From Octopus sinensis (taxonomy: Eukaryota): a stretch of DNA of 64,000 bases. Positions 25,782 to 39,926 of the stretch are shown piece by piece (position 1 is the stretch's first letter; every line of letters starts with the position of its first letter). The position numbers were made by a program, and so were the translations under genes. Under the pieces are notes generated by a model, which saw only the letters and a list, made by a program, of their open reading frames with translations, ran no database searches and was not told the origin of the DNA. Location of the stretch: assembly GCF_006345805.1 (NCBI RefSeq), contig NC_043009.1:32178001-32242000 (forward strand). Reading direction: 5' to 3'.

Positions 25782-26940
25782 CAATCTGGTAATTAAAGAT
25801 AATGAGTGTCATTTAGGGTTTAGCTAACTATTAATATTTGTTGACCTCAGAGGTCAAGAAAGAAATATCAGACTAAAACACAAAATAGAAACAAAAGATG
25901 ACAAACAAGATATATTTAATCATATTTAATGAAATTCAATTATCGTAAATTGATTTAGACATCTGTTAATTAATTTCCAGTGTGTTTTACAATGACAAGA
26001 TGTCTCCTGGTGAGCTGTACTTGTAATCTGGTTTCAATTCCTGATTAAACCAATATTATTTCTCTTATATAACGTTACTCTTGAGGAAGACAGAAACATC
26101 TTGCATCTATAATACCCATTCATCGCATATATATAAATATGAAGCTTTATTTAAAAGAAATCAATATTGGCTAATTAAAATTTCAAATCTAAGGATAGAC
26201 ATCTGAACTGGAAATATAGACTTTTTTTAATGTTTTGTTCAGAAATTTTGTATGTATATCTTTTTCTTTTTTCTAATTTTAAAATTTATGAAATCACTAT
26301 TTTTCTGTCTGATCCCATCTTTAAAATAAGTTTAACTTTATTTTTGTTTTGTTTTGTTCAAAATATCGGAATAACAAAATAGAAATATTTTTTAGAATAT
26401 TAATTAGTTTCAGTATCTATGATGTAATGTTAACAATCAAACAATTTTTATCTGACAAATTATAACATAACACGATAACCAACGTTTTCCTTTACCAGAA
26501 TTAGTCTTCTCAACATCAAAACAATTTTCATACAAGTGATGGATATTAAATTGAAGTAATTAAGTTTGTCTTTGTTTTAATGATTTTTTCATACCATCCC
26601 ACCTATTCCCCATATCTACCCATATTTTATTGCCTATACCAGCCAATATTGTAGTGTCTGTAGCATCCAGTATTTTATTTTCTCTACCACCATATAGTTA
26701 TAATTCATGTTATTCGATATTGGCATTGCTCATACCATTTCACACTGTATTGATTATGACATCCTATATTATTTCTCATATCATCCTTTATGGCTATAAA
26801 CGTACCACACTATATATTCTATACCACTAAATATCTTATTTTTCCCTACCACCTTATATTGATAGCGCTGTATTGTAAATACCATTATATATTGTATTCT
26901 CTCTACCACTCTATATTTCATATTAGGAGTTGAGCAAATA

Positions 26941-27150
26941 TTGGTTTCAAATTTTAACACAAGACCGGAAATTTCAGAGAAAGGAATAAGTTGATTACAT
27001 CGCCTCCAGTGCTCAACTGGTATTTATTTTATCGGTTCCCAAAAGGGATGAAAGGCAAAGTCGAGCTCGGTGGGATTTCAATTCAGAAAGTCGGACGAAA
27101 CGCTAAGAAGCACTTTGCCCGGCGTGCTAGCGATTCTGCTAACTCACCTC
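26941..27150 (+). mobile_element. SINE family B copy
   Basis: gtttcaaatttt...ggatgaaaggcaaagtcga...gattctgctaactc. Confidence 0.8.
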
Positions 27151-27177
27151 CTCACAGTTTATATTCTTTTCTTTTCT

Positions 27178-27512
27178 ACTCTAGGCACAAGGCCCGCGTC
27201 AGAGTTTATATTAAAACACGATACTCATTGCTGCAATTCAATTGTATTCACTCTACCAATGTCTGTGTATGCCACGCATCTATTTCTTTACCACCCACAA
27301 GGGGCTAAACACAGAGGGGACAAATAAGGACAGACAAACGGATTAAGTCGATTACATCGATCCCAGTGCGTAGCTGGTACTTAATTTATCGACCCCGAAA
27401 GGATGAAAGGCAAAGTCGACCTCGGTGGAATTTGAACTCAGAACGTAACGGCAGACGAAATACCGCTACGCATTTTTCCCGGTGTGCTACCGTTTCTGCC
27501 AGCTCACCGCCT
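27178..27512 (+). mobile_element. SINE family B variant copy, adjacent to the previous one
   Basis: ctaggcacaaggcc...aagtcgattacatcgatcccagtg...gtttctgccagctcaccgcctt. Confidence 0.8.
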
Positions 27513-29073
27513 TCAAATACGGCGTGTGTATACCACACATCGGTGTCCCTCACTCCAAATTCTCATCTGTTTCTCTAATTTAATGGTCTATTTAATGTCT
27601 CTTCTTCCCTTCTTCCTTTTCAAATTACTCTTCTTATCCAACCCAACCTCACCATTTCATGTCACGTGTCAAACAATTAGACAAAATATTGCTCCATGTT
27701 GATAAACGTTTTCTGCTGTGTAGTGTCTTTTTTCAAAATCTTTACATCTTTCAATGTAACTCCCCACAGCTACTAAACGTAGACATAACCCATTCAATGT
27801 AGCCGTAAACAAATGTTATAAGTAAGATTAAGGACCAAGACAATCCTTTATGTGACAATAAACGACTGTGACATCTCACTACCCTAAACAGCGACATCAG
27901 AACACTATTGAAGAATAATTTATTAGATTGAAGTAATGAATTCAAATCCACTCATGCCCCATGGCCGTAAAAAGGGGTTCTCCTTTTACTACAATCATCT
28001 CTACTTCATTCAATCTAGGGTGGATTTAGTACAAACGAGCAAAATCTATACAGCAGCTAAGCAGATGATTGAGAGGCTTACTGGAGCAAATGCCTCAAAC
28101 TTTATATTCCGAGTTCAAATCTTAGTGAGGTAAAATCTAGTTTCCATCCTTCTGAGATCGATATAACATATCAGTTTAGGGCGGTGTATTGATAGAATTC
28201 AAGAATTGTCTTGCGGTGTTTGTTAGTCATTACGTTCCGAATCGTCTTGTAATAATAATGGTGTCAAGTTGTGCTGGCCCTTTACATTCCCCTTGCATAA
28301 AACTAAAGGATTTAATGCATGGATACCTCCGCGTTTCAACAGAAAACTTTGCTTAAATCAAATCACTGGAGTAGAACTTTCAAGTATAAACACACAGTCT
28401 ACCTTGACTATAAGTAGAGGTTTTGGATACATATAAAAACAAAGACTTCAAAATTACCCTGCAGTGGATTTTCGACAATCTAGTCTCATTTCACAAAGCT
28501 AGATTAGCATAACTGCTTTGGTGAACAGCAAAAAGTTTTCGTTTTGTAAAGGTTTTTAAAAAATGGCCATATGCATGAAACTTGGGCGTGATTTGTGATG
28601 TGGTTCGGTAGTGAATCATGGATATTCAATGTAGAAGATATGTAGAAGGTGGAAAAGTAATAGATTTAGTATGATGCATTGGATACGTACAGTTAAATTA
28701 GAAGTAGAGTATGTGTGAGCTGGGAGAATGATTGTATATAAGAAACATCACTCAAATTGGGCAGGTAAAATAACTGTAGTGGTAAGAAACTGATACAGGT
28801 GGACGAGTTGCGATGGGAGTAATATGTGTGTGCGTGCGTGCGTGTGGTTGATGGCGGACAACTGTAGATGAGAGAGATTGAAGAAATAGAAGGAAAAATG
28901 GGGAAGATATGGTAAGGTCTGATATAAGATGATAAGCGTCACAGGAGGGATAATTAAGGATCAATATGATTGATAACATGTCGTATGTCAAACATGTTCA
29001 AACTATGCCAGCTCAGGGAAAATTGATGTTAACATATTTATGAAGACAACAGTGATGGTGGAGGGGAATAAGT

Positions 29074-29155
<82 letters not shown>

Positions 29156-31511
29156 ATATGAATGTATGTATACATACATCATACATACATACATACATAT
29201 ATATGCATGCGTCCAGAGATAAATACATAACACATTTATGTAAACATACATGAATACATGTACATTTAATTACCGTGAGTGCATTCTTTGATGTTTATAC
29301 AAGCATTCGCCGTATGGATATATATATATATATACACATATATGTGTAGATAAATGTGTACGTGTATGTATATAACTACAAACACACAATCAAACGCACT
29401 CACACAAAACAAGCAAATGGACATACAAATAGATGTATACAAACACATGCAACCATAAAAAGACACACCCATTATAACACCAAACAATAGTCGCCATATT
29501 GGATAGTGAAACAAGGTTTGAAAACTTCTGATAAATTATTGTTCAGGTAAATTTTGCTGCATCACAAAAGGTAATTTTCCACTCTGGATTCAGAGAATAT
29601 TTCAGCTAAATCGGATGAGTGAGTGTCCTTAGAATTCGTCTTAGAAGTAAACATTGAATACTGTGTAACTCTGTTCTTGTTTCCTTACACCCTTTTTTCA
29701 CACACATGCACTCACACATACATACACACATATACATACACGAACATACATACACACATACACGCTGTCTCTTAGTCTTACTAATTTAGAAAGAAAATTA
29801 TCTAAAAGATATTGCTCGACTATAATAACAGTAATTCATTCATTCGTTGGTTATTGTCCTATTAGTTTTACAGTAGACTGACAAGCAAATTCATATAGAA
29901 ACAGGTAGTTTATGGCTATAGGATAAATATGAGATATTAAGCATTAAATCAACAAACATTTTTAATCAGTTGATTATGAGATTTAAAGAATAAAACGGAA
30001 TGATATTCATACGCTCTGCCCTCTCTTCCAAGAAATAAAATATGAAACAATAAACGCTAATTTTACATTAAACTGTTTTCCCCCAAAATTGTCTGCATAA
30101 TATATAAATGCGAAAGCAACTACCGAGTTGTTTAACACATAATTTACCAAGGAAATTCATCTAATGGGACACTTTTGGACACAAGAGTAAAATTGAATCA
30201 AAGAAAGATTGACCACGTTGTCCTTTGATCAACTGCGCTAGAATTTGCAGTGATACTACAACACAAACCACAATTCATAATCATTTAAAAGGAAAAGATG
30301 TTCAGTAAAAGACGGAGTTTGCATGACTAAATTCACTGAACATAGGTCTACTCGATCCCCATTAACCTGGACTGAAGAAGTTAAAAGCAATAAAATTAAA
30401 TGTTCGATCACACATTTATAATACGTTCTACCAGAATTTAAAATTAGTCAGCTCTAAATGAGTCGGTGTACTCAAAAATTGTAAAAATGGGACTTACTAA
30501 AACAAACCAAAGAAAAGTCGGGTGTGAATAATATCAATTTGGCTTTCCGTATTCTGTGATGAATCTACATTAAGTATGATACGCAGATTGCTATTTTAGA
30601 GTAGTATTGCTTGTGTTGCACCTAATGAATATATATTTGTGTGTATGTGAGTGGTTGTGTGCCTCTATGTATGTGTTTGTCTCTACCATCACTTCATAAT
30701 CGGTGTTGGTTTGTTTATGTCACTATGATCAAGCTATTCGAAAAAAAGGAGCAATAGAATAAGTAGCAGACTTAAAAAATAATGAATACTAAGGTCCGTT
30801 ATTCGATTATTCTCTTAAACGCGGTGCCTCGGCATGGCCGCAATCCAATGACTGAAACTGGTATAAAAAAAAAATAGAATATGTTTTCATTTTGACTTTC
30901 ATTCGCGCCGAGGTAAACTTTGCATTTCTTTCGTCGACAACATAAAGCAGCATTCCAAAGCAGTATTTGGTTGAACTATCTTGGGAAATAAATTTAGAAA
31001 CTGATTCTAGTTTCTTACGTTCCGAGTACTCAGGCGGGTAGGGCAACGAACTTGTCTGCATCTAACCGACGAGACAGGGTTTGCAATAAACAAAGAAAAG
31101 TATTCGAAAAAGAGTAAGAAAATTAAAATATATTTTTTTCCTTCCACAAAAATTCCATGACAAAAAATTCCATAAAAATTCTATAGCAGTTGTAAAGGAA
31201 GTCACCAGTAGGTATTTCTCAGCAACCAAAGCTTTTGCTATTGCAGACAATCATTATTAATTTCCCACGAATTTATTGCTTCACTTTAAGGTTTGAAGTA
31301 ACGAAATGGATTAGATACAAATGAAGTTTGACCTTTTATATTTCGGACAGAGTAGATTTAATCAGGAAGAAGGAAAACTAATTTTCTAATAGCAAAATAA
31401 CAACAAAACTGCTGATAATTAAACTCTTCCTGAGAATTTCCCATCCAAACTACATTCCATTAAAAACAAAAAGCGAAAACATTAACAAACAATATCATTT
31501 AGAAATTTTAC

Positions 31512-31896
31512 CTGCACTGATGGCATTTTTCTGATACCGTAATGTATTGTATCTTGCTGAACCTTGTACAAATCTCATTGAGTGCATCTTTACCGAAAAT
31601 AGCTGTAGACACACTATAATTTACACGCACTCTGTAATTTACACGCGTTCTTGGAGCTGAAATATAGTAGAAAGAAACTCATTAATTACGAAACAGATTT
31701 GTAAAAATAAAATGAATGAAAATGAATAAATAATCCAAAACGGAAACATGAAATGTAAGATAAACTATTCTAATTAATTTCTACCTGGCAAAGCTGCTTC
31801 AATAGACAATTGATACCAGTTGAAGCTTAACAATGGATAATATACACACAAGATAACAATGGTAATATATCTCAGTGCAACAAGAGAAAATTGCAC
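31512..31896 (-). CDS. candidate exon pair 31785-31896 and 31512-31602 (hydrophobic segment followed by a Cys-containing segment)
   Basis: CCAG|gtaga and GCAG|gtaaa donors; phase-compatible VQFSLVALRYITIVILCVYYPLLSFNWYQLSIEAALP-AIFGKDALNEICTRFSKIQYITVSEKCHQC; acceptors weak. Confidence 0.22.
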
Positions 31897-33357
31897 CTAA
31901 TTTCACCCATTCTCCATTTGAATACAGATAAAAACCCACTTGAATTAATATGGACCTAGTTTTGGCAACTGCACCTATTATATTGCATAAAAAATTGTTG
32001 AAAACGAGTGTATTTTGCCAAAAATATTAGTAAAATAAAATAAAAATGTGTTATTGATTTCCATATCTTACCACAACTAATAAATAGATTTAAAAAATAA
32101 AACTTCAGCGTGACCAAAAGTTCTGTGTCTATTTAAGGAAAAAACATGTCTTCAAGAGAATCTGTTACCAAAATAAACCCTGCATTTTTATATCTACAGA
32201 TGTATATATTTGAGAGAATACTTTTAAATATTTGTATTTTTATGTCTTGTTTGTTGTATATTGAAAGTGAGCTACTTATAGAATTATGATAAAATAATTG
32301 TTTATTTTTCCATTGACAATGTGTTTGCAGTTCCACTGTGATATATATATATATATATATATGGAGAGAGAGAGAGAGGTGCACAAACAGACACAGCTTC
32401 ACACGCAGTACGCCCACATATGCATATAAATACACAAGGATAAATGAAGATGTAAAGGAAGAAATAAAGAATGATTTCATGGCTGTTGCTCACCAGAAAG
32501 AACTAGCTGCACACGGTTCTGTTTCTCCAGCCTTACATAGTATGTATGTATGAACGTATGTATATATATATATATATATGCGTGACTGTATGTATGTACA
32601 TATATATATATAAATACACACGTGTGTGTGTATGTATAAACATACATATGTACATAAATATACGTACAGGTACAAGAATAAATATTTCGTCATTGTGTAT
32701 CTATAAAGGACTACATTATTCAATGAGTTGGCTTTCAAACTTCGAAGTGGTAGACAGTGACCTGAGTGAAATTTGGCAGCAATTCTCTGTACTACATGCT
32801 TCCACACTACACAGTGGCATTATTTTGTTGGATCGAAACAAACTTGTTTGTTGTTGTTATTGTTTGGCTCGCAATAAACGGTTAATCGAATTGATCTAGG
32901 AGAAAATCTATTCTACTCTACTCATCCCATCGATTTTACGTTAAGAGGCTTACAGTCGAATATATTTTACATTGAATTCGGCAACATGTTAATTTGTGGG
33001 CAACTTGTAGTAGTTGCAGTGAGCATATCGAAACGCCTGTCTTAAGTACTGTAAACAAACTGATGTCACTTGTTATCATTTTACGTGACCTAAAATATTG
33101 TAAGGCTATGATGAAGCAAGCAGAGCAGATGATCCGAAAGCGTAAACAACGGTGCCTCTCTGTGTCTTTTCCATCTCTCTTCTCTCTAATCTGTCTCTTT
33201 CTGTCCAGTCACAACTTGTCTGAAGATCTTGTGTGTCTACAAATGAAGCGGTAGATTCGATCAAAGCGAAATATTATTAATCCCTGCTATAGCATTGCGT
33301 ACACCTTTTACCCCGATAGTTAATACTAAACAGGTATACACACGCGCGTGCACACGC

Positions 33358-33406
<49 letters not shown>

Positions 33407-33569
33407 CACGTACGCACATATACACTCCCAGACACACATATTTCTAAAAATAACTTGCCAGCGTTTCCTTCATCATATACGCGATAATCATATTCGGTTA
33501 AAATAGCTTAATGGCGTGTTTTCTTTGTCTTTTTTCCCCCGACGAGATGATCACATTGTTTTACACCGT

Positions 33570-33625
33570 TTTATTCCCTCAGGAACAATACTAATGTTTT
33601 CTTCGAAACATATGTCGGAAGTATA
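33570..33625 (+). ncRNA. decayed hammerhead-like motif
   Basis: ttcc-CTCAGGA...GAAAC-ATAT-GTC-ggaa: palindromic stem III and 4 bp stem I, but G5C core change and broken stem II. Confidence 0.35.
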
Positions 33626-33810
33626 AAGGTTCGAATAACACCTGCGTTTAACTCCATTTCTTAATTTATCCACATATACAAAACCATTTCACTAAATCCT
33701 GGAACTTCTACCTTTATAAGTAGGCTGTAACATCCTTGACACTTATGTGAATTTTTGCTATCCTGCTAACTATTTATTTATTTTTCTTTTTATTTGTACT
33801 CATTGAAAAT

Positions 33811-33841
<31 letters not shown>

Positions 33842-33915
33842 AAAGCAAAAATGCTAGTTTTAAATTCTCTCTAAGAGATCAATACAGTAGTTGTACTGAC
33901 AAGTAATATTCATAA

Positions 33916-34252
33916 CCACTTTAACATAGCTGTCCGTTCGAGTGGACTCTACTGCGATTTGTAACTCGTAGAGGCATCGCATCTAGCTGGTTAACGATGT
34001 AGAGCTGCATCCGATAAAAATGCGAGCAGGAGAGCGAACCCCTACCATCCCCTAGCGATGGAACCAGTAGACCAGTCCTGGTTTCAGGCTATTTCTGCCA
34101 TTCCTCAGTATTGAGTACTTCGTCTGCTAGAGATGGTAGCAGCAATATTATCTGATGCAACTGTGCGTCGTTAACCACCTAAATGAGATATCCGCTTTGG
34201 GTTAAAAAAATCGCAGTAGAGCCCGCTCGAAATGACAGCCATGTTAAAGTGG
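33916..34252. mobile_element. ~340 bp MITE with long (~110 bp) imperfect TIRs, possibly piggyBac-like
   Basis: ccactttaacatagctgtc...ctctactgcgattt versus aaatcgcagtagag...gacagccatgttaaagtgg; inner arms also pair; flanks are not a clean TTAA. Confidence 0.8.
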
Positions 34253-35349
34253 CTACGAATTTATATACATATATATATATGTGCGCGTGTGTGTGTGTGT
34301 GTGTGTGTGTTTGTGTGTGTGTGAGTATGTATGTTACGCCGTCTATTTCATTATACAGAGGCATGGTTAGTTTTAAGGTTACGTGGGTGGTGAGTTACTT
34401 ATATTTCTTTCAGTCAGTGAAGTGTTTGGTTTAGTTTTAAGAGTAGTTGCTGATGCCGTCGCAGTTAATGTTGTTCAGTTCTAAGTCAGACTAAGAGTAA
34501 AAATATTCCCCCTATGATTTTTCATCAATAAACTTGGCGTGTTTCGGTAACATACATGGATGTACTTACAATTGCTTCGTTATAATAGGGGACTTTCAAC
34601 ATTGATTCCACTTATAAATTAAGTATGCAACCATTAGATATGACATATATTTTACGTGTGAAACCTGTGAAAACTCTTACTTTAATGCAATGTTTAGAAT
34701 AACTCTATGAAATTTGCAGTACATAAGCCATTTCTAAAATAAATACGCATGCATATATATTTGTGTGTGTGTGTGTGTGCGTGCGTGCGTTGTGATTTTA
34801 AATTACAATTGCGAGTAGATATTGCGTACGTCTGCGATTTCAAATATATAATTTTCATTACAGTTACAGGTTAGTAAACTTAATTTATTCTAGAACAGGA
34901 AACTATTGCTGTTTTCTTCAGTATTATTATGAACACTTTCATTTCAAGAAGTGACCCATGTCAAAATTCTCTTGTTCGTAACACTAACAAAGCTGAATCA
35001 CTGTTGCCGTTGTTAAAATTATTAAGTCTGAGGATATATTTTCCTCTGTAGTTGTTAAAGCATAAATACGAGCTTCTAACAATGTCTGCTTGTTTAAGTG
35101 TCATCTTTTAGTTTATCTGTTTGTCTTTTTTATCTCAATTATGTTTCCATATTTTTCTCTTATCTTTTGAGCCTGTTTGTAATACGACTATTTTGTGACT
35201 AGCAGCTTTTGGTGCTTCTCCAAAAAGATAAGTATTATTGAATTAATAATAAACGGTATAGCATGTATGCTTGACTAAAAATTCTTCAAGGCAGTGCCCC
35301 AGCATGGATGCAGTCTAATGACTGAAACAAGTAAAAGATATATGTATGT

Positions 35350-35392
<43 letters not shown>

Positions 35393-35396
<4 letters not shown>

Positions 35397-35792
35397 TTTT
35401 ATTCTTTTATTCTTTTATTCTTTTATTTGTTTCAGTCATTTGACTGCAGCCATGCTGGAGCACCGCATTTAGTCGAGCAAATCGACCACAGGACTTATTT
35501 TTTGTAAGCCTAGTACTTATTCTATCGGTCATTTTTGCCGAACCGCTAAGTTATGAGGACATAAACACAACAACATCGGTTGCCAAGCAACGTTGGCGGG
35601 ACAAACACAGACACACAAACACACACACACATATATATACGACGGGATTCTTTCAGTTTCCGTCTACCAAATCCACTCATAAGGTTTTGGTCGGTCCGAG
35701 AGTATAGTAGAAGACACTTGCCCAAGGTTCCACGTAGTGAGACTGAAAGCAGAACCACGTGGCTGGTAAGCAAGTTACTTACCACACAGCAC
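35393..35792 (-). mobile_element. SINE family A, full length, (AATAAAAG)n tail
   Basis: Tail repeats at 35393-35425, central microsatellite, head at 35760-35792. Confidence 0.9.
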
Positions 35793-35954
35793 ATACACAT
35801 TCATATATAATTCTGTGTGTTTTTTTAAAGCTATTTTTATACCCCTGGGTAAATGGAGTGGACGCTGGAAGGTTTCGGAATTCTTTGCTAACAACATGAA
35901 CTAGAAAGTCTATCTTTCCACCAAGCAACCTGTTATAAATTCAGCTTCCTTTTA

Positions 35955-36243
35955 GCAATATCTGGCACTCCGTCGGTTGCAATGAAAAGTGTTCCTGTTG
36001 ATCCGATACACGGAACGGCTTGCTCGTGAAATTGACGTGCAAGCGATTGAGCACTTCACAAACACACATACTTCTCTGTGTGACAGAGAACGAGACAAGA
36101 TTGGTTCTTAGAATTACTTGTACAGTTCATTGTTTTTTTCAGTTGAGTGGACTGGAGCAATTAAGGACACAGCACACTACTGGGAATCGAACTCCTGACC
36201 TTACGATCATCAGGCGAATACACCAACCACTAAGACACGCCCC
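35955..36243 (-). mobile_element. SINE family C/D copy
   Basis: 3' end matches the 60.1 kb SINE; B-box-like ggaatcgaactcc near 36185. Confidence 0.7.
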
Positions 36244-36280
36244 TTTACTCAAATTTCTTACAAATGATGCAGATATGTAT

Positions 36281-36482
36281 TATTCTTTTATTGGTTTTCA
36301 GTCAATTGACTGCGATCATGCTGGAGCACTGCCTTTAGTCGAACAAACTGACCCCAGACCTTATTCTTTGTAAGACTAGCACTTATTCTAACGGTCCCTT
36401 TTGCCGAACCGCTAGGTTACGGGGACGTAAACACACCAATATCGGTGTCAAGTGATGTTGTGGGACAAGCACAGGCACACAA

Positions 36483-36527
<45 letters not shown>

Positions 36528-36710
36528 ATATATATATTTATATATACAACGGGCTTCTTCCAGATTCCACCTACCAAATCCACTCACAAGGCTTTGGTCG
36601 GCCCGAGGCTACGGTAGAAAACACTTGCCTAAGGTGCTACGCAGTGGGACTGAAACCGGAACAACGTGGTTGGGAGGCAAGCTTCTTACTACACAGTCAC
36701 GCCTGCGCCT
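36281..36710 (-). mobile_element. SINE family A, full length, with internal (TA)n
   Basis: Colinear with the 35.4 and 38.3 kb copies. Confidence 0.9.
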
Positions 36711-37611
36711 ATATTTTATTTTATTTTATTTTATTTTATTTTATTTTATTTTATCATTTAGTGTTAACGCAATCATTTCACATTATCTTCTCATTGAAGA
36801 ATATCACTTGATTTTGTAGAGTCTTTAGGATACGCACAATTATTATCCCCCCATTCTTTCCTGCATATCATTGTTCCACTTCAAGTTTGTGCTATTATTT
36901 GGTTCAGCTACTTATTGCTACATTTGCTTTCAAATTCATATTCATAACATAATCTAGTTTAGAAAGTCACCGTTATAAAAACGACGAGCTAACAGGAACG
37001 TTAACATACCGGGTGAAATGCTCAACGGCATTGCTTCCAAGTTCAAATGCTGCCAAGGTGGATAAAATAAGTACCAGTATTGACTATCCCCTTCTCCCAA
37101 AATTTCAGGCCTTGTTCCTATAGTAGAAAGAAGTATTACCCCAAGTATGCTGTCCTATAGTTATTTATACCATTACCTTAATTTACGCTGTCATGTCCAA
37201 AATATATCGGTTTCTCTAACTTGATGTATTTTCGGTCAGCTTGACATAATTCCCCTTAACTATAAGTGCAATATAGCATTGAGATGTGAGAGTGGAAATA
37301 CCCCTCCTGTTCCAGTTATGAACTGCAAGATCTGAAACTTGTTACTTTTCCATAAATTCAATTTGAGGTCAACACAATGTCATGTCTCATTTATACAATG
37401 TTTCTGAGTAAGTTCTTCATCTATTTTGGTAGATGTGTGTATCATATTTCTTTATCATATTTCTGCATGACTTTGTTGAGATAGGAAAGACAGCACGTAT
37501 ATTTATTTGTGATAGACGATACAGGGGTTATATAGTTTCGGTCGAAACTGTCCGAGAGTAATCGCCTGTATAAGAAAACGTGTAAGAACTCTATATTTAT
37601 TTTATGAAACA

Positions 37612-37981
37612 CTAGCAGTATCGCCCGGCGTTGCTCGGGTTTGTAAGGGAAATAACTATATAAGCATTTTTAGAGTTGTAAAGTATAATAGCCATCTCAA
37701 TATGGCTAACCACAAAGAGGGGTGTTACTGTAGCTTTTTACGTTCTGAGATTTAATAATACATTTTTAGAGAGTTACTTCCCTTATATAATAGCAAAAAA
37801 ATGCATTAAAAATGGGAAAAAATGCTGGTAAATTTTTTTAAAATCGTAGACTCATCGTAGACGCGCGCTAATACCCAGAAGGGCTCGATATGAATCACGA
37901 CTATAAGATACCCGCTGTGGGAGTAGTTAGGAATCTAAATCATAGGAGACAGACACACAACTTCACTTTTATATATAAAGA
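37612..37981 (-). mobile_element. non-autonomous Helitron
   Basis: Minus strand A|TC...cccgagcaacgccggg hairpin...CTAG|T: canonical termini and AT target; homologous to 52481-52873. Confidence 0.85.
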
Positions 37982-38280
37982 TGTATTCAGAATTAATTTG
38001 AAAGACTTGGAAGACGTCTACTTTGTTTTGTCTGGGGAGAGTCATTTTCTTTTTGTGCCTTATATTGTAACACACTCACCGGTAAAATGTCCACTTATTT
38101 CTTATTTTTATTTTCCTAAAATTTTCGTTACACTCAAACATTCATATGCATGTGTGTATCAGTTACGCACTGGGGTAGATGTAATCGACTTAATCCGTTT
38201 TGTCTGTCCTTGTTTGCCCCCTCTGTGTGTAGCCCCTTTTGAGCAATAAAGAAATAAAAAAAATATACGTATATAAATTA

Positions 38281-38690
38281 TCTTATACTTGTTTCATTCC
38301 TTTGACCGCGGCCATGCTGGGGTACAACCTTGAAGGGTTTTGGTCGAACAAATCGACACCAGTACTTCTTCCTTGTAAGTCTAGTACTTATTATATCGCT
38401 TTCTGTTGCTGAACTACTAGAAACGGGTACGTAAACACACAAACATCGATTGTCAAGTGATGTTGAGGATACAAAAACAAACACAAAGACACTCACACAT
38501 AAATAAACCCCCCGCACATATATATATACATGCGACGGGCTTTTTTCAGCTTCCCTCTACCAAATCCATTCACATGGCTTTGGTCGACTCGAAGCTATAC
38601 TAGAAGACACTTTCCCAAGATGCCATGAAGTAGGACTGAACCCCAAACCATATGGTTGGGAAGCAAGCTCCCTACCACATAGCCACGTCT
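38281..38690 (-). mobile_element. SINE family A, full length
   Basis: Colinear with the other family A copies; a family B fragment lies just upstream at 38160-38255. Confidence 0.85.
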
Positions 38691-38814
38691 GTATCTATAT
38701 ATACTGCATACATACATGCTTATATAGACATACATACATGCTTATATATATATATATATATATTATGATAGACTCTTCTGTCGTTAGACGACGTATGAGA
38801 GTTCGGTAATTTCT

Positions 38815-38985
38815 TGCCGAACAACCACACAGATTATTTGTGCAACGGGTGCCACATGATCTCATAGCAACGTGGAATGAAGTGCTTTGCTCAAGAATAC
38901 AACGCAACGCTTGGTCTGGGAATCGAACACACGTTCTCGCAATCATTAGTGCAACACTCTAACAACCACTAAGCCATGTGCTTTC
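38815..38985 (-). mobile_element. SINE family C 5' part
   Basis: gaagtgctttgctcaagaatacaacgc core and gggaatcgaac B-box-like motif. Confidence 0.65.
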
Positions 38986-39016
<31 letters not shown>

Positions 39017-39136
39017 TGTATGTATGTGTATATTAAGTAAAAACGAAAGGGTTTTTAAAACATTACACATGTTTCAATATTGTTTTAATTCAAATATAAG
39101 TCCATTACATAATTTATTAAATAACATTACATAAAC

Positions 39137-39173
<37 letters not shown>

Positions 39174-39684
39174 TATGGATAGCTTCCACTACCGAACGCT
39201 CCTTTGAAAAACTATCCACAGCAGGTGAAAATGCTATTCGCACCTCCCGGCAGCATCATTTCGTCCAGCGTTGTCAAACAGCATTGATGATACCAGTGAT
39301 TTTCACGGCTCTTTGGGACCACATTGTAACACGTTTGATCGCTCTTCATCTACGCAACCCTGACACCAAGGTAGATGTAGCTATATCCATCCTTCCATCG
39401 TAACCATGCCGCAACTATATTCTTTTATTTCTTGGAGAATTTTCTAGTTTCTGTCTCAATTTTGGTCTTTCTATCACATATGTCAGCCATAACTTCAATG
39501 AGGCATTTCCAGATTCTCCTTTCAGTTCACGAATGATCTCTTTGCTATCGTTCATACCTCATCACTACTGGAAGCACGTCTTTCGTATTTGGGGTTCTTA
39601 TTTTAAGGTGCCCATTCGATATTGCGTTGGTATACTGCATAGATAAAAGTTAAGCCAAGTGATCAAAAATATCTTCATGATGTA

Positions 39685-39849
39685 GGCGAAGGCGTGGCTG
39701 TGCGGTAAGAAGCTTGATTCCCAACGACATGGTTTTGGGTTCACTCCCACTGCGTGAAACCTTGCGCGAGTGTCTTCTATTTTAGCCACGGATCGACCAA
39801 GGCCTTGTGAGTGTATTTGGTAGAGGGAAACTGAAAGAGGTTTCGTCGT

Positions 39850-39887
<38 letters not shown>

Positions 39888-39894
39888 GTATATG

Positions 39895-39926
<32 letters not shown>

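Noticed and set aside
26595-26915. Recurring TACCAC..TATAT motif
   Set aside because: Irregular spacing in low-complexity AT-rich DNA; probably a decayed minisatellite.
39190-39600. Possible RTE RT remnant on the minus strand (RAIKRVTMWSQR)
   Set aside because: Only one weak motif among many stops; not enough to call.
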